Source: an uncultured Rhodospirillaceae bacterium
GTDB taxonomy: Bacteria > Pseudomonadota > Alphaproteobacteria > Rhodospirillales > Casp-alpha2
Direction: 5' to 3'
Assembly: GCA_964012715.1 (NCBI GenBank)
Contig: CAXGUG010000003.1
Span: 5,163-69,162 of the forward strand
DNA: 64,000 nucleotides
Shown here: piece by piece, positions 53,446 through 62,189 of the stretch
Layout: every line of letters begins with the position of its first letter
Position numbering within the stretch: the first letter of the stretch is position 1
Program-made: the position numbers and the translations under genes
Notes under the pieces: model-generated
Told to the model about the DNA's origin: nothing
What the model saw: the letters and a program-made list of their open reading frames with translations, nothing else
Databases searched by the model: none

Positions 53446-54666
53446 GTGGACAACCTGGACCCGGACGGGAGCGGCGATCCCGGCGGCGAAATCGGTACGA
53501 TTCACGACCTGATGGAGACGCTCAACCATTGGGTGCCGGGGGAATCCGACTTCAATCATCTGCTGCTGGTGTCGTTCACCACGCTGGGCGAGGCCGATCA
53601 GCGGGAAGGGGCCCTGCAGGCGCTGGAAGGCGCTTTTCTCAGCTTCGCCCATAACCGCGGCGGTCATGTCTTCCAACTGTCGGACCTGGACGCGGCGATT
53701 CTGATCAAGCTGGCCGACTTCAACCGCATGGAAACCATGATGGACCTGAAGGTCGATATCATGCGGGTGATCCAGCACCATCTGCCGGAACATTTCTCCA
53801 AGATCGATCAGGCCCGCCTGATCCGCCCGATCGATCTGGCAACGCGTCTGGACACAGCCAAGCGGTTTTTGGAAGCCTATGGCGATCGCCGCCGTGAAAC
53901 CGGCGTCAACGAGGAAGGCGAACGGCCGCTCAGCCTGCAGGACATTCAAAAGCTGCGTGCCGCCCTGCAAAAGCTGGGGCCGCGCGAATTCGGCCGCCGC
54001 TATATCCGCTCGCAGACGGCGGCGCGCATTTTGCCGGGTCAGGCCGCGAAACCGGCGATGACGGAGTATTACGTCGGCGTCGCTCAGTTGAAGCAATCGA
54101 TCCTGCGTGGCGTCAACATCAGCGGCGCTGGGAACGTGTTCAACCAACTGACCCTGACCTTCGATCGGGCGTTGTTGTATTGCATCGGCGCCGTTGCCGG
54201 GGATCGGTCAAAGACGTCGCTGAACATGAACGTCGAAACCGTCTTCACCAATGCCTTCGAACACTATGTGCGGGACGGCGGCGAGGCCGGCCTGAACGGT
54301 GTGGTCATCGAATTCCGCCAGGACAACATGTTCCAGCAGTTCGGCAATTTTCAGACGGCTTGCGACCTGATCAAGAAGCGCGGCGGGATGGTCGCGGTCG
54401 ACAACGTCCCGCCCGAAAGCCTGGGGGTGGTCAATTTGCACCGCCTGAATGTGCGCATGGCCAAATTGATGTGGCGCGCCGACGCGGAAGAAATTTTCCT
54501 GAACGCCAAGGATGACATCAAGATGATGCAGGACAGCGGGACGGTGATGGTTATGGCCCATGTCGATGACCAACAGGCGATCGATATCGGCCAGAGCCTG
54601 GGTATTACCCTGTTCCAGGGATATCACGTGGACAAACTACTTTCCGGCGGCAAGACCGCAACCTGA
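53446..54666 (+). CDS. degenerate GGDEF-like / EAL-like protein, paralog 1
   Basis: GTG start after a GAGGAGG RBS. The C-terminal half follows the EAL motif order with substitutions (EYYVGV, LNMNVE, VIEFRQ, VAVDNVPPESLG, AKLMW, MAHVDD, FQGYHV). The N-terminal half has a GGDEF-like layout (HLLLVSFTTLG ... GGHVFQLSDLDAAILI) without the GGDEF motif itself. Confidence 0.8.
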   Translation: MDNLDPDGSGDPGGEIGTIHDLMETLNHWVPGESDFNHLLLVSFTTLGEADQREGALQALEGAFLSFAHNRGGHVFQLSDLDAAILIKLADFNRMETMMDLKVDIMRVIQHHLPEHFSKIDQARLIRPIDLATRLDTAKRFLEAYGDRRRETGVNEEGERPLSLQDIQKLRAALQKLGPREFGRRYIRSQTAARILPGQAAKPAMTEYYVGVAQLKQSILRGVNISGAGNVFNQLTLTFDRALLYCIGAVAGDRSKTSLNMNVETVFTNAFEHYVRDGGEAGLNGVVIEFRQDNMFQQFGNFQTACDLIKKRGGMVAVDNVPPESLGVVNLHRLNVRMAKLMWRADAEEIFLNAKDDIKMMQDSGTVMVMAHVDDQQAIDIGQSLGITLFQGYHVDKLLSGGKTAT

Positions 54667-54709
54667 CGGCATCCCGGTTGGGCCGGGCGGAGAATCTGGG
54701 GAACGGACG

Positions 54710-55897
54710 ATGGCATTCGGGTCTTCACCTATGGCGGGCGACGCCGCCGACCTGCTGCGTAAATTGCGCGCCATGGGCGGGCGGAAAGCGGATGTGAACA
54801 GCTTGTTGCTGGTCGATCTGTCGGATTTGGGGCTGCCCGAAGACGACGACTATTTGTGGAACGAGATCGAGGAAATCCACGCCCGCATCGCCCGGGTGCG
54901 CGGTGGCGAGGCCTATCGCCTGTCGCCGACGAATATCGCGCTGATCGCCAATCTGACCGAAATGAACAGGATGGAAGTTCCCCAGGAACTGAAGATGCAT
55001 CTGTTCAAAATTCTGCGCGAGGAAGCGCCGGACAAGGTGACGGAGGTCGATCAATCCAAGATCGTCCGCAGCATCGATCTGACGACCCAGATGGCCGGGG
55101 CGATCCGCTTCCTGGAAGCCTTCGAGGAACGGGCCAAGGAGCAGGGCGTGATCGCCGGGGCCGATGGCCTGCGCAGCATCAACCTGTCTGATATTCAGTC
55201 CGTCCGGGCCCTTCACACCAAGGTCGGCGACAAGGCTTTCGTCGATACCTACGTTCAGGGCCAGACCATCGCCTTGATCACCGAGGGCAAACCGCCGGTG
55301 CCGATCGCCCGGGAATACTATGTCCGCATGGATTTGTTGCGGAGCGATGCGCTGCAAGATGTGGCGATCCATGAATCCGATCCCCTGTTCCCGCAGTTGA
55401 CCATGGTGTTGGACAGTCTGGTCCTGGGGGCCTATCGCCTGTTCAATCCGAAAGGCTCCAAATGTGCGGTCAATCTGACCTTGGAGACGGTCGGCAACAC
55501 GGCCTATCAAAAATTCATAGCGGCGGCGGGTGAAAGCCGATTGGGGAACGTGATCGTCGAGATCCGGCTGGCCGATATCATACGCGACCTGCGTAAATAC
55601 GAGGCGGCCCAGGCCGCCGTTCGATCCCTTGGCGGAACGGTCGCGATCGATATCATCGATCCGGCGGCGCTAGGGGTGCTCAACCTGGCGGGCTTCAAGG
55701 CCAATATCGCCAAAGTTTTGTGGCGCGATTCCGGTGCGGAAACTCTGGCGCGCTACCGCTCGGTGATCAAACAGGCCCAGGATGCAGGCTGTATCGTGGT
55801 ATTGTGCCGCGTCGATTCAGAGCTCGGTTTGCGAGTCGGGCGCGAGGTTGGCATCACCGCATTCCAGGGCTTGCATGTCGAAGGCATGATGTTGTGA
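54710..55897 (+). CDS. degenerate GGDEF-like / EAL-like protein, paralog 2
   Basis: The ATG at 54710 begins MAFGSS. The same block order appears as in paralog 1 (SLLLVDLSDLG, EAYRLSPTNIALI, REYYVRM, VNLTLE, VIVEIRL, VAIDIIDPAALG, AKVLW, LCRVDS, FQGLHV). Confidence 0.8.
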   Translation: MAFGSSPMAGDAADLLRKLRAMGGRKADVNSLLLVDLSDLGLPEDDDYLWNEIEEIHARIARVRGGEAYRLSPTNIALIANLTEMNRMEVPQELKMHLFKILREEAPDKVTEVDQSKIVRSIDLTTQMAGAIRFLEAFEERAKEQGVIAGADGLRSINLSDIQSVRALHTKVGDKAFVDTYVQGQTIALITEGKPPVPIAREYYVRMDLLRSDALQDVAIHESDPLFPQLTMVLDSLVLGAYRLFNPKGSKCAVNLTLETVGNTAYQKFIAAAGESRLGNVIVEIRLADIIRDLRKYEAAQAAVRSLGGTVAIDIIDPAALGVLNLAGFKANIAKVLWRDSGAETLARYRSVIKQAQDAGCIVVLCRVDSELGLRVGREVGITAFQGLHVEGMML

Positions 55898-56024
55898 TGC
55901 CTTGGTAAATTAACTCTGTATTATCAACTCGTTGATTAGGGTGAGCAAAATACGGGAATGGCTCTTGCCGTGTCCGGGGCCGAAGGGTCAAAATCCAGAC
56001 TATTAACAGCGGATAGTTAGAAGC

Positions 56025-57203
56025 ATGGCGGAAACAAGCTCCGGTGGTGGCGATCATCTCAAGCTGCTGACGCGCCTGAAGCATTGGAAGGGTGGCGCGG
56101 AAGAGCCTAACCACCTGATTTTGGTTAGTTTTTCTACCCTCGGCATGACCGAGGAAGAAGACAAGCTGCTGCGTAAGAAGACGGATGAATCCTACGAACG
56201 TTCGCACGAGCGGCGTGGCGCGGAAGTCTATCGTCTGACCAACACAGACACCGCCTTGTTGATGAAATTGAATGACTACAACCAGATGGAGTGGACCTCG
56301 GAGCTTAAGGTCGACCTGATTCGCGTCATTCAGCAGAATTTCCCCGAATATTTCGGCCAAATCGACCAGTCGCGGATGCTGCGGATCATCAATCTGCAAG
56401 GGCGTCTGCAGAACGCGATCAAGTTTTTGGAAGCCTTCGATGATCGCGCCAAGGAAGCCGGTGTCGGCACCGGCGATTCCCGGCCGCTGCGCGAAAGCGA
56501 TATCCAGGTCGTGCGCGACGGCATGCGCAAGATGGGCAAGAAGACGTTCACCGACAACTTCATCCGCTCCCAGGCGACGGTGCTGATCACGCCGGGCAAG
56601 CCGCCCATGCCGGTGATGCGGGAGTACTTCATCTCGGTCGAAATGATCCGCCAACACATTCTGACCAATGTCGATTTCCGCGGCGCGGGGCTGGTGTTCC
56701 AGCATCTGACGCGGTCGCTCGATCAGATGCTGATCGAATGTTTCGACGAGGTAAATCCGGACCGGGCCAAGGCCTCCCTGAACCTCAACGTCGAAACCGT
56801 GTTTACCCATTCGTTCCAAAACCTGTTGGAGCGGGGCGAAAAGTCGCTCGGCAATCTGGTTTTGGAATTCCGCGCCGAAAACATCTTGCAGAACTTCGAC
56901 CAGTTTCTGACGGCGTCGGAACTGATCCGCTCGCGCGGCGGCACCATCGCGATCGACGCGATCATCCCGGAAAGCTTGGGCGTGATCGATCTGCCGCGTC
57001 TGGGGGCCAAGCTGGCCAAGGTATTCTGGCGCCCGGGAACGGAAGCGGTTCTCCCGCAGTTCAAGGAAGCCATTCAAAGCCTGCAGCAACGGGGCACGGT
57101 CCTGGTTCTGGCCCGCGTCGATGACGAACTGGGCATCAAGACGGGTCATGCTTGCGGCATCACCATGTTCCAGGGCTTTTACATCGACGACATGGTGTCT
57201 TGA
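56025..57203 (+). CDS. degenerate GGDEF-like / EAL-like protein, paralog 3
   Basis: The same block order appears as in paralog 1 (HLILVSFSTLG, AEVYRLTNTDTALL, REYFISV, LNLNVE, LVLEFRA, IAIDAIIPESLG, AKVFW, LARVDD, FQGFYI). Confidence 0.8.
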   Translation: MAETSSGGGDHLKLLTRLKHWKGGAEEPNHLILVSFSTLGMTEEEDKLLRKKTDESYERSHERRGAEVYRLTNTDTALLMKLNDYNQMEWTSELKVDLIRVIQQNFPEYFGQIDQSRMLRIINLQGRLQNAIKFLEAFDDRAKEAGVGTGDSRPLRESDIQVVRDGMRKMGKKTFTDNFIRSQATVLITPGKPPMPVMREYFISVEMIRQHILTNVDFRGAGLVFQHLTRSLDQMLIECFDEVNPDRAKASLNLNVETVFTHSFQNLLERGEKSLGNLVLEFRAENILQNFDQFLTASELIRSRGGTIAIDAIIPESLGVIDLPRLGAKLAKVFWRPGTEAVLPQFKEAIQSLQQRGTVLVLARVDDELGIKTGHACGITMFQGFYIDDMVS

Positions 57204-57229
57204 TCGCGCCTTTCTGATACGGTCGCAGG

Positions 57230-58042
57230 ATGCGTATCTGGACCCGAGTTTTCCCGCTTTTCGTCTGTGTCCTGTTTGTCGGTCTGGCTGCCGGTCCGAC
57301 CGCGCGGGCGCAGGATGTTTCCAACGTCGATTTGTTGAAGGCCTTCGCCGGGGTCGCCCTTGGCTCCGAATACGAAAAGCGCGAACCACGTATCCTGAAA
57401 TGGGAAAAGCCGGTCAATGCCGCGATCATCGGCAAGGGTTATCCGCCTTTGTTCGAGCAATTGGTGGTCAAGCAGTTGGCCGATCTCGCCAAGGAAACGA
57501 ACCATCCGGTGCAACTGGTCTATTCCGAGACCATGCGCCGGGAAAAACGCCTGCCCGCCAACGTTTCGAAAATTCCCATCAACATGCTGATCTTCTACGC
57601 GCCGAAGGCGGACCTTCCGGCCATGGTCGAGAAGCATACCAAGGGCGCGTTCAAGGCTCCTGACGTGGCGCGGATGAGCAACCTGGGTTTCTGTCACGGC
57701 CGGTTGCAGATCTTCAAATCCGGCGCGTTGAAGTTCGTTTACGCCGCCGTCCCGGCCGAAATCACGACCCAGGTCGTCTACGGCAATACCCGCGTAGATC
57801 CCAAGATTTTCCTGCGCGCCTGCGTGACCGAGGAAATCACCCAGCTGATGGGCCTGATCAACGACGTCAAAGGGCTGAAGATCTCGATCTTTTCCGACGA
57901 CAGCGCGCATGTCGATCTGACCGAGGCCGATCGTTGGATGCTACGCCTGCTGTACGACCCCAGGGTCAAGGCCGGCATGAAGCCGGACGAAGTCCTGCCC
58001 CTGGTGGCACGCATGCTGCTCGAAAAACGCCCCGGCAAATAG
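57230..58042 (+). CDS. secreted DUF2927-like protein
   Basis: A signal peptide (LFVCVLFVGLAAGPTARAQD) is present. The C-terminal blocks CVTEEITQLMGLINDV and LTEADRWMLRLLYDPRVKAGM resemble DUF2927, an assignment from memory. The gene starts 26 nt after paralog 3. Confidence 0.7.
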   Translation: MRIWTRVFPLFVCVLFVGLAAGPTARAQDVSNVDLLKAFAGVALGSEYEKREPRILKWEKPVNAAIIGKGYPPLFEQLVVKQLADLAKETNHPVQLVYSETMRREKRLPANVSKIPINMLIFYAPKADLPAMVEKHTKGAFKAPDVARMSNLGFCHGRLQIFKSGALKFVYAAVPAEITTQVVYGNTRVDPKIFLRACVTEEITQLMGLINDVKGLKISIFSDDSAHVDLTEADRWMLRLLYDPRVKAGMKPDEVLPLVARMLLEKRPGK

Positions 58043-58068
58043 CCCCGCCGGGCGGCGTCAGGTTGCCC

Positions 58069-58182
58069 CTAGAACGACCAGGGTAGTTCCCGCATATCGA
58101 ACATCGCCTCGGCGATCAGGACCGTTATGGTCAACGGTACCGCCACAAGAAGGGCGAACAACGGGGCTTTCAAGGTTTCCAT
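58069..58182 (-). CDS. putative 37-aa hydrophobic small protein
   Basis: METLKAPLFALLVAVPLTITVLIAEAMFDMRELPWSF contains one TM helix. A strong AAGGAGA RBS sits 6 nt upstream of the ATG. No family was recognised. Confidence 0.35.
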   Translation of the reverse strand: METLKAPLFALLVAVPLTITVLIAEAMFDMRELPWSF

Positions 58183-58260
58183 GGTGGTCTCCTTTCTCCG
58201 TCCAAGCGGAGAGAAGAAAAGCACCGAACCTGGGCCGCCCGAGGGCTGGAATGGGGCAAT

Positions 58261-58293
58261 CCAGGGGCAGGAAACCGCGGTTTCTCGCCCCTG
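58261..58293. repeat. 33-nt near-perfect palindrome CCAGGGG-CAG-GAAACCG|CGGTTTC-TCG-CCCCTGG
   Basis: Read directly from the sequence. It lies between the FAH-family gene stop and the small ORF. Confidence 0.6.
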
Positions 58294-58304
58294 GTTTAAG
58301 CAGA

Positions 58305-58991
58305 TTAGACGACCTTGATGGTCAGTTCGTCCACGCCATCGACGATACCCTTCAGGACGTCGCCGCGATGGACCGCGCCGACGCCGGCGGGCGTGCCGGT
58401 CAGGATCAGGTCGCCCGGGGCCAGGGTGAACAGGCCCGACAGGTATTCGATCATTTCCGGAATTTTCCAGATCATCTGGTTCAGGTCGCCGTCTTGGCGA
58501 ACCTCGCCGTTGCATTCCAGCCAGATGCGGCCCTCGGACGGATGCCCGACTTCGGACGCGGGATGGATCGCCGTGCAGGGGGCGGACAGTTCGAACGCCT
58601 TGCCGGTGTCCCAGGGGCGGCCCATTTTCTTGGCTGCGCCCTGCAGGTCACGGCGCGTCATGTCGAGCGCCACGGCATAGCCGTAGACATGGTCCAGGGC
58701 CTTGGCAGCGGGGATGTCGGTGCCGCCTTCCTTCAGGCCGACCACCAGTTCCAGTTCCCAATGCACGTCGTCGCTGGCCACCGGATAGGGCCAGTCGCCG
58801 CCGCCGACAAACAGGTTGTCGGGGCATTTCTGGAAAAAGAACGGCGGTTCGCGGTTCGGGTCGTGACCCATTTCGATCGCGTGGTCGGCGTAATTGCGCC
58901 CGACGCAGTAGACGCGACGCACGGGGAACTGATCGTCCGTACCGGCGACCGGAAGGTACGCCTGGGGCGGTTGGGGAATGACATAAGCCAT
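58305..58991 (-). CDS. fumarylacetoacetate hydrolase (FAH) family protein
   Basis: MAYVIPQPP...RRVYCVGRNYADHAIEMG, ELELVVGL, DMTRRDLQ and PGDLILTGTPAGVG are typical of the FAH/YcgM-type family. The upstream in-frame extension to 59471 is rejected. Confidence 0.85.
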   Translation of the reverse strand: MAYVIPQPPQAYLPVAGTDDQFPVRRVYCVGRNYADHAIEMGHDPNREPPFFFQKCPDNLFVGGGDWPYPVASDDVHWELELVVGLKEGGTDIPAAKALDHVYGYAVALDMTRRDLQGAAKKMGRPWDTGKAFELSAPCTAIHPASEVGHPSEGRIWLECNGEVRQDGDLNQMIWKIPEMIEYLSGLFTLAPGDLILTGTPAGVGAVHRGDVLKGIVDGVDELTIKVV

Positions 58992-59457
58992 GGATGTCCT
59001 CGAAAGTCTTGTGGTTGAGAATCCTGGGTTGGTGCGGGCGGCCAGAACGGCAACGGCACCGTTTAAGATGTTTCGGATGTACGCGAAGCCTCCGGCGGGC
59101 GCAATAGGATTCCCTGGTTGCATCCGGGGTCTAGGAACATGTTCTGGCCGTATATTTTGGCCAAGTCGTTGCCCTATCAGGGGCTTTTTGAATGGCGCGG
59201 CAAAGGGCGCGGCCCTTAATTCCCATGACGGGGGCTTGGGGGAATATTTTCGACCTAGCCGAAAGTCATAACCGGGCGTATGAGTCCCTCGGAGACCCAG
59301 CGTGGCGGCGCGCAGCGGGCCAAGGGCGGCAATCATAGTCGCCGGATTCAATAAAACACGGTGAACAGCACCCTGGGACAGGTCGGTCGATGCATGGACC
59401 GGTCGCCAGTCGTTTCGGCCTATCGCCGGCGCGGCCAAGACGAGGGGATGATAAACC

Positions 59458-59919
59458 ATGACCGAAACCATCGATGTCGATTACATCGTCCCGGAACCCC
59501 TGCCGGACGATCATTTCGATCCTCACTTACCCGGCGATTGGTTCTGCGAATTCACCCAGGACTATGGCGACGGCATCCGTGTGACCAAGCGCGGCCTGGA
59601 AGCGACCAACCTGATTATTCGGAAATACGACGTCGCGCCGGATGAAGTCCTGGCGTTTTCGACATTCTGCAGCCCGCGCCGCGCCATGACCGCGTTCCAC
59701 TTCCACCCCGATTTCGATCCGGAGCGACGCCAGCGGTACATGGAGGCCCACCGGGAAGGCTACGACGTCGCCGTCGACGTCACGGAACATCTGGCGGCGG
59801 AACGCGCCGGGCAACGGGCGGCAATCCTCCGGCGTTTGGGCCGCGCACGGCGCGCCGTATCCTTGGTTGCCCATGCGGCGGCGGTGTTCATTCTGGCCCA
59901 CTATTCCCCCGGACGCTGA
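59458..59919 (+). CDS. hypothetical protein (153 aa)
   Basis: A GAGGGGA RBS precedes the start. The acidic N-terminal half and hydrophobic C-terminal tail match no family I recognise. Confidence 0.5.
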   Translation: MTETIDVDYIVPEPLPDDHFDPHLPGDWFCEFTQDYGDGIRVTKRGLEATNLIIRKYDVAPDEVLAFSTFCSPRRAMTAFHFHPDFDPERRQRYMEAHREGYDVAVDVTEHLAAERAGQRAAILRRLGRARRAVSLVAHAAAVFILAHYSPGR

Positions 59920-59987
59920 CCCCTTTTTTCGCACCTGCAAAATGTTAGCCTCGGTTCTTGCAATGACCTTTTGCGGGAGTACCGATC

Positions 59988-60992
59988 ATGGCTCTGGCCA
60001 CCCCTTATCTGATGTTCATCGGCGATGCGCCGGATCAACTCGCGGCCAAGGTCGCCATCGGTGTCGTCCACTGGCGGCCCGAGTGGTGCGTGGGGCAGTT
60101 GCGCATGGACGGCTGCAAGGCCGACCTGGGTATTCCCGACATGACGATCGAGGAAGCCGTTGCCGCCGGCTGTAAGACCCTGGTCGTCGGCGTCGCCAAC
60201 CGGGGCGGGATCATCCCCGATAGCTGGAAGGCCGTGATCGTTCAGGCGATCGAAGCCGGGATGGACGTGGCTTCGGGCCTGCACCAGAAATTGACCAGCA
60301 TTCCCGCCGTGGCCGAGGCGGCCAAGACCCATGGCCGCACCCTGACGGATGCCCGCCACGCGACGCGCGAATTCGACGTTGCCTCGGGCCAGGCCCGCAC
60401 GGGCCGTCGTTTGCTGACGGTCGGCACGGACGTGTCCGTGGGCAAGATGTTTACCTCGCTGGCGATCGAGCGGGAAATGAAGGCCCGCGGCATGAACGCC
60501 GATTTCCGCGCCACCGGCCAAACCGGCATCTTCATCGCCGGGGATGGGGTTTCGGTCGATGCGGTGGTCGCCGACTTCATCGCCGGTGCGGCCGAATGGC
60601 TGACCCCCGCCAACAGCGCCGATCACTGGGACGTGGTCGAGGGGCAGGGCTCCTTGTTCCATGCGTCCTATTCCGGGGTTACGCTGGGCCTGATCCATGG
60701 ATCGCGGCCCAATGCCCTGGTCCTTTGCCACGACGCGGCGCGTAAGGAAATGCGCGGCACCCCCGGTGTGCCGGTGCCTGAACTGGAAAACTGCATTGCC
60801 GTCAACGAACGCATGGCGCAGATGTTCGAACCGGATGCCAAGGTCGTCGGCGTATCGGTCAACACCAGTTCCATGGACGACGTGACCGCGGCGACGTATC
60901 TTTCAGAGATCTCGCAACGCCTGGGTCTGCCCGCCGTCGATGCGGTGCGCACGGGCGTCGCACCCATTGTCGACGCGATCGAGAAGCTCTGA
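59988..60992 (+). CDS. DUF1611 family protein (DgcN-like putative N-acetyltransferase)
   Basis: 334 aa. LMFIGDAPDQLAAKVA, VGTDVSVGKMFTSLAIEREM and VVEGQGSLFHASYSGVTLGLIHG fit DUF1611. It is paired with an enolase-superfamily epimerase 2 nt downstream. Confidence 0.7.
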   Translation: MALATPYLMFIGDAPDQLAAKVAIGVVHWRPEWCVGQLRMDGCKADLGIPDMTIEEAVAAGCKTLVVGVANRGGIIPDSWKAVIVQAIEAGMDVASGLHQKLTSIPAVAEAAKTHGRTLTDARHATREFDVASGQARTGRRLLTVGTDVSVGKMFTSLAIEREMKARGMNADFRATGQTGIFIAGDGVSVDAVVADFIAGAAEWLTPANSADHWDVVEGQGSLFHASYSGVTLGLIHGSRPNALVLCHDAARKEMRGTPGVPVPELENCIAVNERMAQMFEPDAKVVGVSVNTSSMDDVTAATYLSEISQRLGLPAVDAVRTGVAPIVDAIEKL

Positions 60993-60994
60993 AC

Positions 60995-61987
60995 ATGACG
61001 CTGCCGCACCGCCTTTCCGCCGTTGACCAGGGCTGGCCCCTGGCCCGTCCCTTCGCCATTTCGCGCGGGGTCAAGACCGAGGCCCGCGTCGTCGTGGCCG
61101 AGGTCGAGGACGCGGGCGGTCTGGCGGGCCGGGGCGAATGCGTTCCCTATGCCCATTATGGCGAAACCGTCGACAGCGTGATCCATCAGATTGCCGAGGT
61201 CGCCGAGGCGATCGCCTCGGGCCTGGACCGACGCGGCCTGTTGGATGCCTTGCCCCCCGGGGCGGCTCGCAACGCGGTGGACGGTGCGCTGTGGGATTTG
61301 GAATGCAAGCAGGCGGGCAAACGCGCCTGGGAGCTTGCCGGGTTGCCGGAACCCGTTCCGGCGGTCACGGCGGAAACCATCGGCATCGGCACGCCCGAGG
61401 AGATGGGCAAGCGTGCGGCGGAACTGTCGAAGGTGCCATTGCTGAAGATCAAATTGGACGGCGAGCAGGTTCGCGACCGCTTGAGCGCGGTCCATGCCGC
61501 GGCCCCGAATGCCCGCCTGGTCGTCGATCCGAACGAAGGGTGGGATTTGCACCGCCTGGAAAACCTCTGTCCGTTCCTGGCCGAGATCGGGGTCGAGATG
61601 ATCGAGCAGCCGGTCCCCGCCCATGGCGATGAAATTCTGCGCGGCTTCAAATCTCCCGTGCCGCTTTGCGCCGATGAAAGTTGTCATACGGCGGCCGATC
61701 TGGAGCGGCTCGAAGGCCTTTACGACATGGTCAATATCAAGCTGGACAAGACAGGTGGCCTGACGGCGGCGCTTGAGCTTGCCGACGCGGCCGAGGCCAA
61801 GGGTTTTGGCCTGATGGTCGGCTGCATGGTCGGAACCTCGCTGGCCATGGCGCCGGCGACGTTGTTGATGAACCGGGCACGGGTGGTCGATCTGGATGGG
61901 CCGTTGTTGCTACGGGAAGATCGCGTGCCCGGGCTCGATTTCGCACAAGGAAAAGTGCATGCGCCCGCGTCCGGATTATGGGGCTGA
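60995..61987 (+). CDS. enolase-superfamily dipeptide epimerase / N-acyl amino acid racemase (DgcA-like)
   Basis: The KxK motif (LKIKLDG) and metal ligands in LVVDPNEGW, MIEQP and CADES are present, along with the second Lys in VNIKLDKTGG. Confidence 0.8.
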   Translation: MTLPHRLSAVDQGWPLARPFAISRGVKTEARVVVAEVEDAGGLAGRGECVPYAHYGETVDSVIHQIAEVAEAIASGLDRRGLLDALPPGAARNAVDGALWDLECKQAGKRAWELAGLPEPVPAVTAETIGIGTPEEMGKRAAELSKVPLLKIKLDGEQVRDRLSAVHAAAPNARLVVDPNEGWDLHRLENLCPFLAEIGVEMIEQPVPAHGDEILRGFKSPVPLCADESCHTAADLERLEGLYDMVNIKLDKTGGLTAALELADAAEAKGFGLMVGCMVGTSLAMAPATLLMNRARVVDLDGPLLLREDRVPGLDFAQGKVHAPASGLWG

Positions 61988-62189
61988 AAATTATCCACTA
62001 GAAGAGTTGTAGTATAAAACTCGCCTCTAAATGGTTATTTTCTAATGTATTCTCGTATTGTCCTATGTGATTTTTTCTGGTTAGGATGAAAACAACAGGC
62101 GCGCAATAACGACGCCGATGGGGTTTATCGAGGTTTTATTTTAATAGGTTGAATGGTGGTGAGAGGAGGACTCCCGCCACTATACGGTG

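Noticed and set aside
59283-59302. AGTCCCTCGGAGACCCAGCG as a cobalamin-riboswitch B12 box.
   Set aside because: It resembles the box only loosely, with three extra nucleotides. The other conserved cobalamin-riboswitch elements are not visible on either strand.
58992-59471. 160-codon upstream extension of the FAH-family gene.
   Set aside because: The FAH domain begins at MAYVIPQPP. The extension is compositionally implausible and would give no known domain.
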